The notes: generated by a model not told the origin, from the sequence alone. A DNA stretch of 32,000 nt from Candidatus Saccharimonadota bacterium (GCA_963677105.1 OY781871.1:180001-212000); one strand, 5' to 3'; shown: positions 1-8,166, numbered from the stretch's first letter. Program-made: numbers and translations.

Positions 1-2
1 CT

Positions 3-536
3 CAAATTTTCAGCGATGTACCTGCTTCACATAAAAACCAAGAAGCAATCGCTTTTGTACAGGAGAAAAAAATTATGAATGGATATGGAGATGAATCATT
101 TAAACCTGACGGCGAGTTAAATCGAGCGGAAGCCGTAAAAATTCTCATCACAGCAAATGAACTTTCTCTTCTTCCTGCTGAAGTCATATTCTCAGATGTT
201 GATCCAAGTGCTTGGTTTTCACCATATGTCGCAACTGCCCACGCTCGAGGACTTGTAAAAGGATATGGAAATGGACAATTCAAACCAGGAAATACTATTT
301 CTCGTGCTGAATTCTTAAAAATTGCTCTTGTAGCAGCTTCTATTGAATTGCCAGTAACATTTAATAAACCTTATCCTGACATAAATACTGAAGAATGGTT
401 TGCGCCATATTTCTCTATCTCTGCAAAACACAATCTTCTTCCTACTCTTCGTGGAGGAAAAATAGCTCCACATCAAGCAATTACTCGTAGCGAAGCAGCA
501 AATATTATTTGGAAGATTCTTCAAATGAAAAAATAA
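3..536 (+). CDS. S-layer homology (SLH) domain protein, 5' end outside window
   Basis: Frame is open from nt 3. Three SLH-like repeats: FSDVPASHKNQEAIAFVQEKKIMNGYGDESFKPDGELNRAEAVKIL, FSDVDPSAWFSPYVATAHARGLVKGYGNGQFKPGNTISRAEFLKIAL, YPDINTEEWFAPYF...ITRSEAANIIWKIL. TAA stop. Confidence 0.8.
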   Translation, partial: QIFSDVPASHKNQEAIAFVQEKKIMNGYGDESFKPDGELNRAEAVKILITANELSLLPAEVIFSDVDPSAWFSPYVATAHARGLVKGYGNGQFKPGNTISRAEFLKIALVAASIELPVTFNKPYPDINTEEWFAPYFSISAKHNLLPTLRGGKIAPHQAITRSEAANIIWKILQMKK

Positions 537-607
537 ATACGACAGGAATATGTTGTTTTTAGTCACAATTTGACCCAAGCAACATTTTCTTGTAAAAAGG
601 CAGAGTA

Positions 608-1471
608 ATGAAAATATTATTGTTAGGTCTGACTCTGTTATTTCCAATATTGTGTGGAGCAACAAATAATTCTCTTGAATTTGAACTGATCAGAACTCCT
701 GAGACACCAGGGTTTTTTGCTGTTACAATTTTTCCAACAAAAGATGCTCAACCAATTCAAAAAAATATTACATTTGTAAAAAATTTCACAAAAAAAGAAT
801 CCCCTATCTACAATCCCGTTATTAATTTTCTCACTGAACTGGGAGCAAATGTACTCGATGACTTTCCTGAAACAAGTAGAACAACTCAAGTTGTGACTCT
901 TGGAGAGCCACTTCCAAATAGTAAAAATTTTTCTACTCACGACAAAAAAAATTCTCTTGAACAATTCGAAAAATTTTCCTTACAGAATCTAAAACCCGTA
1001 TTTTTCAAAAATTTACGAGCAGAATTTGGAGGAAATATATTTGATGTATCACAATCCCAAAAAAACATAACAGATGACCAAGGAGTAACCTTCATTGGAA
1101 AATTTAAAGAAGATATACGCACCAGAATGGCACTTTTCGCAGATGATAAAAATAGCTTATTACACTTTGAAACTCCCTTAAATTTATCAAATAAAGAACT
1201 TTCTCATTCTCCGCTAGCAAAAGAATTACCACAACTTTGGGAACAACTACATCAACCAGAATTGCTTCCCAAGGAAGCAGATCTTTCATTATTTCCTTGG
1301 ATTCTTGGTGGATTAGGACTGCTTCTTTTTGTGATTATATTTATTCGTAACGCACAAAAAAAATATAATACATTTATGGAAGAGCAAAATATGACACAAG
1401 AAGAATTTCCTTGGAAAACTATTTCTAAAAAAGAAGAAAGTGTTTCGAGCAACCCATTTGAAGTTGAATAA
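608..1471 (+). CDS. hypothetical exported single-pass membrane protein
   Basis: N-terminal signal-like MKILLLGLTLLFPILCGA. C-proximal TM FPWILGGLGLLLFVIIFI followed by RNAQKK and a short tail. No family recognised. Confidence 0.55.
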   Translation: MKILLLGLTLLFPILCGATNNSLEFELIRTPETPGFFAVTIFPTKDAQPIQKNITFVKNFTKKESPIYNPVINFLTELGANVLDDFPETSRTTQVVTLGEPLPNSKNFSTHDKKNSLEQFEKFSLQNLKPVFFKNLRAEFGGNIFDVSQSQKNITDDQGVTFIGKFKEDIRTRMALFADDKNSLLHFETPLNLSNKELSHSPLAKELPQLWEQLHQPELLPKEADLSLFPWILGGLGLLLFVIIFIRNAQKKYNTFMEEQNMTQEEFPWKTISKKEESVSSNPFEVE

Positions 1472-1486
1472 AAAAAACATTCCATG

Positions 1487-1521
1487 TTTGATATTTGTGG
1501 TTTTTAATTTGAACTTTTAAG
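1487..1521 (-). repeat. heptamer array abutting the nuclease stop codon
   Basis: TTTGATA TTTGTGG TTTTTAA TTTGAAC TTTTAAG in perfect 7-nt register. The last unit contains the TAA stop (1517-1519). Confidence 0.8.
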
Positions 1522-2116
1522 CAGCGCGCCTGCACTCCGGATTCTCCTCTTTTTTCGACCACACACCTTTTTTCAAACTTTTTGCCATATTGTGATACAA
1601 CCGAAACTCCTCTTTTCGTGAAAATGGAAAATAAAAATATCCACGCGCAAGTCCTGATTTCAAAAGTTCGGCCGTCGTATCAATTCCTTCTTCTGTAAAT
1701 GGATAAGCTAATCTCCGTCCATATTTATCTTTTTTATCACTCAACGGATCAAATATAAGACAAACTTTTTTACCACCTTTGAACACTTTTTTTGTCCATT
1801 CGCTTGCTTCAGGACCACAGAATTGAACTGGTTTTTTCGGATGAACCGTTTCTGGCGTATCAATTCCCACAAACCGAACTCTTGTGTCGTCGCCTAAAAT
1901 AATTGTATCTCCATCAGAAACACTTTTTATCTCAAACCATTTACATTTTTTGGGGAAATTTTTGGCGGCAAAATCTTCTACAATAATGTCATCAAATGTT
2001 TTTTCTTTGGGAATAAATGCTGAAATCTCCTTCTTATTATTTGGCAACGCCGAACTACACGCAGAAAAGAAAATAACAAAGCACGTCGTAAAAAACTTTT
2101 TCATTAAAAAAAACAT
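1517..2116 (-). CDS. staphylococcal/micrococcal nuclease-like (SNase) lipoprotein
   Basis: SNase motifs VSDGDTIIL...VRFVGIDTPETVHP...GRRLAYPF. Lipobox-like FFSAC in the N-terminal signal. AAGGAG SD 9 nt upstream of the ATG. Confidence 0.8.
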   Translation of the reverse strand: MFFLMKKFFTTCFVIFFSACSSALPNNKKEISAFIPKEKTFDDIIVEDFAAKNFPKKCKWFEIKSVSDGDTIILGDDTRVRFVGIDTPETVHPKKPVQFCGPEASEWTKKVFKGGKKVCLIFDPLSDKKDKYGRRLAYPFTEEGIDTTAELLKSGLARGYFYFPFSRKEEFRLYHNMAKSLKKGVWSKKEENPECRRAA

Positions 2117-2160
2117 ACCTAAAAAACTCCTTTTTTTCTTTTTTCTCTTTCATCATTTTT

Positions 2161-2727
2161 TCATTTCAAATCTCCCAGATTCAAAAAATATTCATATATT
2201 CGTTTTTCTTTTGATAATTCGGGATGAAAACTAGAAATTAAAAAATTTCGATCCTGAAACAAAACTGGATCATCCTCAAAAGTTGCTAATATTTTAACGG
2301 ATGAATCAATGTTTTTAAATTTAGGTGCACGAATAAAAACTCCTTCTAGGTCTGGAAATTTCTGAGAAACAAGCGGAGCTATAAAGGAATGTTGTTGCGA
2401 TCCAAATCCATTTCTATCTACTTCAAATCGGGCACCTGCACGTGAACATAAAATCGCTCCTGCACACGTTCCAAACACTTTCAAAACATTGTCATTCCGG
2501 ACTTGATCCGAAATCCATTCCGTTCTTTTCACAAATAAATCCCACATATCTTTTTGCTCTAATAAAAGACGTAATGTTGTTGATTCTCCTCCAGGAATAA
2601 TTAAATGAGAAATCGATTCCAAATCACTTTTGCTTCGAACTTTTTTGTATTCCACATCAAGACTTTTTAACATTTCTTCGTGCTCAATAATCGAGCCTTG
2701 TAACGCCAATATTCCAACTTGATTCAT
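2161..2727 (-). CDS. pdxT: PLP synthase glutaminase subunit PdxT
   Basis: VGILALQGS..., IIPGGESTT, FGTCAG (catalytic Cys), FIRAP, SFHPEL. Start ATG overlaps the upstream gene's TGA (ATGA at 2724-2727). Confidence 0.9.
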   Translation of the reverse strand: MNQVGILALQGSIIEHEEMLKSLDVEYKKVRSKSDLESISHLIIPGGESTTLRLLLEQKDMWDLFVKRTEWISDQVRNDNVLKVFGTCAGAILCSRAGARFEVDRNGFGSQQHSFIAPLVSQKFPDLEGVFIRAPKFKNIDSSVKILATFEDDPVLFQDRNFLISSFHPELSKEKRIYEYFLNLGDLK

Positions 2728-3023
2728 TTCATTCCTGGTAAACTTTTTCGTACAGAATGAACAAATGCAACGAGCTCTTTTTTTCGTTTCTCTGGAATCT
2801 CATTCCATCGCTCTCCCGTAATCGCTCCTTCTAAAGCATATAAAAAACAAGAACACATTCCCTGTTCCCATCCATTTTTTTCAAAAATTCGTAAAAATAT
2901 TTCTTCCGGTCCAAGTTGTTTTAACTGTTCTGGCATTTCGACGCCAACTTCAAGTAATCGCTGCACACTCTTTTCTCCAAGATTTGGAAGTTTTTTCAAT
3001 TCTAATCCTTTCTTATTGCTCAT
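2724..3023 (-). CDS. TfoX C-terminal (helix-hairpin-helix) domain protein
   Basis: LKKLPNLGEKSVQRLLEVGVEMPEQLKQLGPEEIFLRI...FLYALEGAITGERWNEIPEKRKKEL matches the stand-alone TfoX_C pattern. Lies between pdxS and pdxT. Confidence 0.7.
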   Translation of the reverse strand: MSNKKGLELKKLPNLGEKSVQRLLEVGVEMPEQLKQLGPEEIFLRIFEKNGWEQGMCSCFLYALEGAITGERWNEIPEKRKKELVAFVHSVRKSLPGMK

Positions 3024-3064
3024 TTATATTTTGTACTTTGATATTTGTTATTTGCGATTTAGAG
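3023..3064 (-). repeat. heptamer array filling the pdxS-tfoX_C spacer
   Basis: TTTATAT TTTGTAC TTTGATA TTTGTTA TTTGCGA TTTAGAG: six units running from the tfoX_C ATG to 2 nt before the pdxS stop. Confidence 0.85.
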
Positions 3065-3066
3065 CG

Positions 3067-3933
3067 TTAGCGATTCGCATATTTCACTGCCAAAGAATCT
3101 ATTTCCAATCCTGGCATCGCAGAACCAAGTCCCGCCGCAATTTCTGCTAATTTCTCAGAATCATCGTAATGAGCAACGGCAAGAACCATTGCTCGTGCCA
3201 TTTTTTTGGGATTTTCTGCTGAAAAAATTCCTGAACCAACAAATACTCCATCTGCACCTAATTGCATCATCATTGCGGCATCGGCTGGCGTAGCAACTCC
3301 TCCTGCAACAAATGTAACTACTGGAAGTCTTCCTAGCTCTGAAACCTTTTTAATCAGTTCTTCTGGTACACCATATTCTTCTGCTTTTGCTGAAAAATCC
3401 GAATTCGGTAATTCAGAAATTTCACGTTCAATCTGTCGCCAATGACGAACTGCCTCAACAACATTTCCAGTTCCTGCTTCTCCTTTGGTTCGAATCATTG
3501 CTACGCCTTCATTTACACGACGAAGCGCTTCTCCCAAATTCCGAGCGCCACACACGAAGGGTAACTTAAATGGGGTTTTATCAATATGAAATTCTTCATC
3601 CGCAGGAGTTAATACTTCAGATTCATCAATAAAATCTATATCAAGCGATTCCAAAATCTGTGCTTCAACAAAATGTCCTACTCGTACTTTTGCCATCACC
3701 GGAATTGAAACCGCGTTTTTAATAGCTGTAATCATATTTGGATCGCTCGCACGTGCCACTCCGCCATCTTTACGAATCAAAGAAGGAATTCGTTCCAATG
3801 CCATAACTGCAACCGCTCCTGCTTCTTCTGCAATCTTTGCTTGTTCTACATTCATTACGTCCATAATCACTCCAGATTTCATCATCTGGGCAAGACCTGA
3901 TTTTAACGCGAAAGTGTTTTTAGAAATATTCAT
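3067..3933 (-). CDS. pdxS: PLP synthase subunit PdxS
   Basis: [53 protein letters not shown] and the rest is collinear with PdxS/SNZ. Confidence 0.95.
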   Translation of the reverse strand: MNISKNTFALKSGLAQMMKSGVIMDVMNVEQAKIAEEAGAVAVMALERIPSLIRKDGGVARASDPNMITAIKNAVSIPVMAKVRVGHFVEAQILESLDIDFIDESEVLTPADEEFHIDKTPFKLPFVCGARNLGEALRRVNEGVAMIRTKGEAGTGNVVEAVRHWRQIEREISELPNSDFSAKAEEYGVPEELIKKVSELGRLPVVTFVAGGVATPADAAMMMQLGADGVFVGSGIFSAENPKKMARAMVLAVAHYDDSEKLAEIAAGLGSAMPGLEIDSLAVKYANR

Positions 3934-3996
3934 CGACCGAAGTGTAGACAGATGAAAAAACTTTTCAATTATTAAATGTATTAAACAAAAAAAACC

Positions 3997-4557
3997 TTAA
4001 CAATGTAAAGATTCTTTTACTAAAGTTTGTATGTTTTCGTCTGAAAACTTCATTTTATTTACTAATTCTTTAGCCTTATCTGAGAGTCTCTTATACATAA
4101 ATTGAATTTTGGCTTTTGTTCTTTCTTCCCCATTTCTTTTTAAATAAAAAGGAATATTATACTCAAAATAAGCAAGACTATCCGCATCCTTCAATATATC
4201 TGATTCTTCATCTCCACCAAATTCATGATTTTCTACCAACCACTGTACATTACTAATCAGACTTTCTGAGTAATGATATTTTGTTAATATTTCACCAATA
4301 ATATTAGATGATCGAAGAGCATGTTCTTTTTTAAACTCGTCTATATTTGAATAATCTTTTAAGTCTTTTTCAGTAATACCGGTTACCGCCCTATCTATAT
4401 CATGAGAAATAGCGGCAATTCGTAATGACTCACTTGCCATTGGTTTTAATTCTAATACCCATTTCAAAACAAGCTCAGCATGAATTGGGTCAAACGCCAA
4501 AGGCGAATTTTTTAAAATATTTAGTACTTCTTGTTTAATTAAAACAAATTTACTCAT
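3997..4557 (-). CDS. hypothetical helical protein (DUF4202-like / HD-like, weak)
   Basis: ASESLRIAAISHDIDRAV ... LKDADSLAYFEYNIPFYLKRNGEERTKAKIQFMYKRLS resembles the DUF4202 layout as recalled from memory. Not verified. Confidence 0.45.
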   Translation of the reverse strand: MSKFVLIKQEVLNILKNSPLAFDPIHAELVLKWVLELKPMASESLRIAAISHDIDRAVTGITEKDLKDYSNIDEFKKEHALRSSNIIGEILTKYHYSESLISNVQWLVENHEFGGDEESDILKDADSLAYFEYNIPFYLKRNGEERTKAKIQFMYKRLSDKAKELVNKMKFSDENIQTLVKESLHC

Positions 4558-4565
4558 GCTTTATA

Positions 4566-4937
4566 CTAATTCATTATCGACAATTCTGCAGAACCTGCCA
4601 TTGCTAACCCTGTCTCACGAACATCAATAAAGTGCCGACGATCAACTGTTTCCATTTCTTGCACTTGTTCTGAAGAACCCAGCGCATATAAACTTGATGG
4701 AATTGCTAATCGAATATCTGCTTGTTCTAAATCCTTTTGCAAAGCAATTCTTACCGTTTTTAATTCTTGAAGATCAAATCCTCGAGTCGCAATAGAATTT
4801 AATAACATTAAGTAAATAAACCCCAATAACGCTATCAAAATAATTCCAAATTGAAGTACAAATCTAAATGCACGACGACCTGCCGCTGCTTGCTGAGCAG
4901 CTTCAATTACCTGTGTGGCAGATACAGACAGTGTCAT
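4566..4937 (-). CDS. FtsL-like small bitopic division protein (by position)
   Basis: Immediately downstream of rsmH with an ATGA overlap. One TM (FVLQFGIILIALLGFIYLMLL) followed by a coiled-coil-like segment, as in dcw-cluster ftsL. Confidence 0.5.
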   Translation of the reverse strand: MTLSVSATQVIEAAQQAAAGRRAFRFVLQFGIILIALLGFIYLMLLNSIATRGFDLQELKTVRIALQKDLEQADIRLAIPSSLYALGSSEQVQEMETVDRRHFIDVRETGLAMAGSAELSIMN

Positions 4938-5866
4938 TGGATTTTTTCGAGAATGCGAAATTTAGCACTCCGTGCACGAGGATTTCGAGCGATTTCCTCG
5001 TCCGTCGGAATAATTGGTTTTTTCGTTAACAGTCGGAAGCATGCAGGCTCCACTTCCGTGTGTAGCGAAAACGATGTTTCCTCAGTCTGCGGCTGGGAGG
5101 CAGTGGCGAATATTTTTTTTACAATCCTATCTTCAAGTGAATGATACGAAATCACTCCAATACGATCGCTCGCCTGCATTTTGGCTAACGCAGAATTGAG
5201 GGTTATTTTCAAAGTAGTAAGTTCATCATTAACCGCTATTCTCAAGGCTTGGAATACGCGAACTAATGATTTTTTTTGAACAGTGACATGCACTGATTTT
5301 TCAACTGCTTCTCGCAATTGAGCGGTTGTTTCAAATGGAATTTCTTTACGAATCTCGACAATATTTCGTGCAATTTTAAAAGCCGATGGCTCTTCTCCAT
5401 AATCACGAAAAATCTGTATCAACTCTCTTTCAGATGCAGTGTTTAAAATTTCTGCAGCAGCGCCTTTTCTTGAATCATCAAACGCCATTGTCAATGGACC
5501 ATCTGCAGCAAATGCAAATCCTTTTTCTGGATCATCTAATTGATTTGAACATAATCCTAAATCGAGCAATATTGATAATGGCCGATCGACATTTTCAATA
5601 AATTCTCCCACTAAAGAAAATGATCCGTGATGCGGATCAAACCTTTTTTCAAACGGCAACAATCGTTCTGTTGCAAAAGATAAATGTTGAGAATCTAAAT
5701 CTGTGGCAATATATTTTGCTACATTTGAATATTGAGACAAAATCGCTTCTGCATGTCCTCCCAATCCAAGGGTTCCATCAAAAACTGTTTTCGTTTCTTT
5801 TGTAATTAACTCACTCAAAATTTCATCCCGGAGCACTGACTCATGGGATAATTTTTTGTGTGTCAT
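4934..5866 (-). CDS. rsmH: 16S rRNA (cytosine1402-N4)-methyltransferase RsmH/MraW
   Basis: HESVLRDEI, DGTLGLGGHAEAIL, ISYHSLEDRIVKK, ARSAKFRILEK. Confidence 0.95.
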   Translation of the reverse strand: MTHKKLSHESVLRDEILSELITKETKTVFDGTLGLGGHAEAILSQYSNVAKYIATDLDSQHLSFATERLLPFEKRFDPHHGSFSLVGEFIENVDRPLSILLDLGLCSNQLDDPEKGFAFAADGPLTMAFDDSRKGAAAEILNTASERELIQIFRDYGEEPSAFKIARNIVEIRKEIPFETTAQLREAVEKSVHVTVQKKSLVRVFQALRIAVNDELTTLKITLNSALAKMQASDRIGVISYHSLEDRIVKKIFATASQPQTEETSFSLHTEVEPACFRLLTKKPIIPTDEEIARNPRARSAKFRILEKIQ

Positions 5867-5886
5867 TTTGAGTAAATTTTGAGAAT

Positions 5887-5919
5887 TTGTGCAAAACTTG
5901 TGAACAAATGGTGCACAAA
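5887..5919. promoter_or_regulatory. three direct 11-nt repeats at the rsmH promoter (candidate operator)
   Basis: TTGTGCAAAAC / TTGTGAACAAA / TGGTGCACAAA are contiguous with an 11-nt period. They lie just downstream of the predicted rsmH -10. Confidence 0.45.
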
Positions 5920-5922
5920 AAA

Positions 5923-5951
5923 ATCATAGAACAAAAAATGTGTTTATGCAA
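5923..5951 (-). promoter_or_regulatory. predicted sigma70-type promoter of rsmH
   Basis: Minus strand reads TTGCAT-N17-TATGAT (-35 at 5946-5951, -10 at 5923-5928). Confidence 0.45.
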
Positions 5952-6096
5952 CGATTTTTATCTTTTTCTCATTGACCTTAAAGAATCTCTGTGTTGTTTT
6001 TTTGTTCAACCTTCGATCAACTTTTTTCTGCAGACATTTTTGATAAATATTTTCCACTTACAATCAAATTTTTTTACACATAAATAATTTTAAATT

Positions 6097-6142
6097 TTTA
6101 TAATTTCAAGTTTGTATGTTGAAGTTTTAAGTAAAGTGAGTA
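6097..6142 (-). repeat. heptamer array, orphan copy in a divergent intergenic region
   Basis: Plus strand reads TTTATAA TTTCAAG TTTGTAT GTTGAAG TTTTAAG, then TAAAGTGAGTA. That tail is a decayed version of the CGGAGCGACTA box of the dgt copy. Confidence 0.7.
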
Positions 6143-6154
6143 CCATTCCTCTCG

Positions 6155-6649
6155 ATGATTAAAGAAATGCTTGCCACGGCTGCTGTTGCAGGTATTCCCA
6201 TTGGGGAACAACGACTTGCTATTCCTGTGGGATTTTTTTCATGGAACTTAACAATATGGCAATCTGTTTTAGCTGCCATAATTGGAAATATTATCACTGT
6301 GGGAATCGTGTTATGGATTTTACCAATCGTGGCCAAACTTATAACAAAACACTCTCCGTTTTGTGATAAGATACTACAAAAAATATTTGCTCATACTCGA
6401 GCAAAACACACTCACCGATTCGACGCATGGGGAAATATTTTTATAATATTCTTTGTCATGATTCCTTTTCCGGGAAGTGGTGGGTGGACCGGTGCACTTA
6501 TTTCCTGGCTTTTCGGAATAAAATATTGGCGAGCAATGACACTTATATCTTTAGGGCTTATTTTCGGAGCAATTATTGTTGCCGGAATGACAATCGGTGC
6601 AGAAGAATCATTTTCTTTTCTTAACGAAGTTTTCGCAAAGCCTCATTAG
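6155..6649 (+). CDS. small multidrug-export-like membrane protein (PF06695-type)
   Basis: Four or so TM segments. MIPFPGSGGWTGALISWLFGI matches the conserved P(L/F)PGTG.WTG motif of that family. Confidence 0.6.
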   Translation: MIKEMLATAAVAGIPIGEQRLAIPVGFFSWNLTIWQSVLAAIIGNIITVGIVLWILPIVAKLITKHSPFCDKILQKIFAHTRAKHTHRFDAWGNIFIIFFVMIPFPGSGGWTGALISWLFGIKYWRAMTLISLGLIFGAIIVAGMTIGAEESFSFLNEVFAKPH

Positions 6650-7211
6650 TAAAATCCCAAATTTCAGAAGCTTCTCGTTCAGGTAATTCATCGAATCCTA
6701 AGAATATTTGAATAGTATTTCCAAATTTTTCTCGTATTTCTCGTGCAGAAAAAATCGGATTTTCTCCTGTTAAATTAGCACTTGTAGCAGTTATTGGATA
6801 AATTATTTGTTCAGAAACTTTCGAAATTGTAGAAACTCGAAACGCTACTGATTTTTCTGGCCAATATTTTGATTTTGGTAATTTTTCAGTTGGTTTCAAA
6901 ATTGCCGTTCGTGGTTTTTCATTAAAAAAGAAATCCACGCTGTCATTCCAAACTTGATTTGGGATCCATCCTAATTCCCTTTCAACAAATTCATCAAATC
7001 CATCCGGCACTTCCGCAAATTCTCGTAACATTTCCGTATCACGAACAATTAAGGAAAAATATTGTCCCTCTTTTCGTCCTTTTAGTTTTGCTAATTTCTC
7101 TAACCCAAAAATATCATCCGCTCGAACGGCTAATCCCCAACTTGTATCTGTTGGAAATGCAGTGATTGTATTTTTTTCAAACATTATTCTTCTTATACCC
7201 AATCTTTTCAT
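6621..7211 (-). CDS. tsaC: threonylcarbamoyl-AMP synthase TsaC/YrdC-domain protein
   Basis: ITAFPTDTSWGLAV and YPITATSANLTGENP. Start moved to ATG 7209-7211 because the longer ORF (to 7244) runs through the tRNA terminator palindrome at 7230-7260. Confidence 0.75.
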   Translation of the reverse strand: MKRLGIRRIMFEKNTITAFPTDTSWGLAVRADDIFGLEKLAKLKGRKEGQYFSLIVRDTEMLREFAEVPDGFDEFVERELGWIPNQVWNDSVDFFFNEKPRTAILKPTEKLPKSKYWPEKSVAFRVSTISKVSEQIIYPITATSANLTGENPIFSAREIREKFGNTIQIFLGFDELPEREASEIWDFTNEALRKLR

Positions 7212-7229
7212 TTTTGACGAATTAAATAA

Positions 7230-7260
7230 AAAAAGCTTCTGCAAATTGCAGAAGCTTTTT
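7230..7260 (-). terminator. perfect palindromic hairpin terminator downstream of tRNA-Gly
   Basis: AAAAAGCTTCTGCAA-A-TTGCAGAAGCTTTTT, a 31-nt palindrome. Minus-sense tail is TTTATTTAAT. It can act bidirectionally. Confidence 0.75.
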
Positions 7261-7270
7261 AAATTCTATT

Positions 7271-7346
7271 TGGAGCGCGTGGCGGGAATCGAACCCGCGT
7301 CACCAGCTTGGAAGGCTGGGGTAATGAGCCATTATACGACACGCGC
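7271..7346 (-). tRNA. tRNA-Gly (anticodon UCC), CCA encoded
   Basis: Reverse complement is GCGCGTG TC GTAT..TAC C CCAGC CTTCCAA GCTGG TGAC GCGGG TTCGATT CCCGC CACGCGC T CCA. Acceptor, anticodon and T stems all pair. Confidence 0.92.
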
Positions 7347-7408
7347 AAACTGTAAGAGCGAGTAGATTATATGGATGAATTTTATCTGGTCAATATTTTT
7401 TTGAACTT

Positions 7409-8110
7409 CTATTTCAACAAACTCAACCATTCTTTTTTCTTTTCTAATGCATGAGCCGCTGCAGAAGTCTGTGCTTCTTTTTTTGATCCTCCCTTTCCTA
7501 TTCCTACTAAATGTTCATCAATATATGCTCCCATTTTGAATTCTTTTTCATGGTCTTTCCCCTCTTCAGATAAAACATCATAATGAGGAGTCACACCAAG
7601 TGTTCCTTGTGTTAATTCCTGAAACTCAGATTTTGCGTCACGATGTGCTCCCGTTCGAAGTATTTCTTCTACATCCGTTAATATCCATTCGGAAATAAAT
7701 TTTTGAACTGCCTCAATTCCTTGTGTTTTATATACAGCTCCAATAAATGCTTCCACTACATTCGCCAATAAATAATCTTTGTCAGCTCCTCCCGAACGAG
7801 CTTCTCCAGCAGAAAGAATGAGATGCTCCCCTAAATGTAATTTTCGAGCTACTTGTGCCAAATGCTGTCCACAAACGAGCGCCGAACGAATATTCGTCAA
7901 CTCCCCTTCTGCTTTCCCCGGAAAACGATTAAATAAAGCTTCTGTTGTTACTAATTCTAAAACTGCATCTCCTAGAAACTCTAATCGTTCATTGTGATGT
8001 TGATGCACCATTTTTTCATTCACTGCAGAACGATGCGTAAATGCTTCTATGAATACAGACTCAAACTCTGGAAAATACTCCAACCCAAGAACTTGCAATA
8101 AACGTTTCAT
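7409..8110 (-). CDS. rnc: ribonuclease III
   Basis: FTHRSAVNE, NERLEFLGDAVLELV, C-terminal dsRBD (GKGGSKKEAQTSAAAHAL). ATG at 8108-8110 is preferred over the TTG at 8146. Confidence 0.9.
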   Translation of the reverse strand: MKRLLQVLGLEYFPEFESVFIEAFTHRSAVNEKMVHQHHNERLEFLGDAVLELVTTEALFNRFPGKAEGELTNIRSALVCGQHLAQVARKLHLGEHLILSAGEARSGGADKDYLLANVVEAFIGAVYKTQGIEAVQKFISEWILTDVEEILRTGAHRDAKSEFQELTQGTLGVTPHYDVLSEEGKDHEKEFKMGAYIDEHLVGIGKGGSKKEAQTSAAAHALEKKKEWLSLLK

Positions 8111-8166
8111 CTTGTTTATTATCTCTTGAGAACTCGATTTCGTCAACCCTCTGCAAGCTGGTTCAT

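Noticed and set aside
2485-2517. Shared in-frame 33-nt segment in pdxT (WISDQVRNDNV) and tsaC (6936-6968, WIPNQVWNDSV) with an apparently covarying hairpin (TTTCGGA-TCAAG-TCCGGAA vs CCAAA-TCAAG-TTTGG), suggesting a coding-region mini-insertion element
   Set aside because: Identity is only 24/33. A rough Karlin-Altschul estimate for a 64 kb x 64 kb two-strand comparison predicts tens of such matches by chance. The shared AATGACAAT with 14371-14382 is too short to count. It needs genome-wide counts before being believed.
2724-2727. Alternative genetic code (UGA read as Gly, as in some reduced-genome lineages)
   Set aside because: TGA ends pdxT, tfoX_C, rsmH, the 29801 gene, lgt and the yggU-like gene. 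Five of these six are ATGA start/stop overlaps (pdxT's is not). All housekeeping proteins are full length under the standard code.
7271-7346. tRNA-Gly as an integration site for a genomic island
   Set aside because: There is no integrase, no duplicated tRNA 3' segment elsewhere in the window, and the flanking genes are core (rnc, tsaC).
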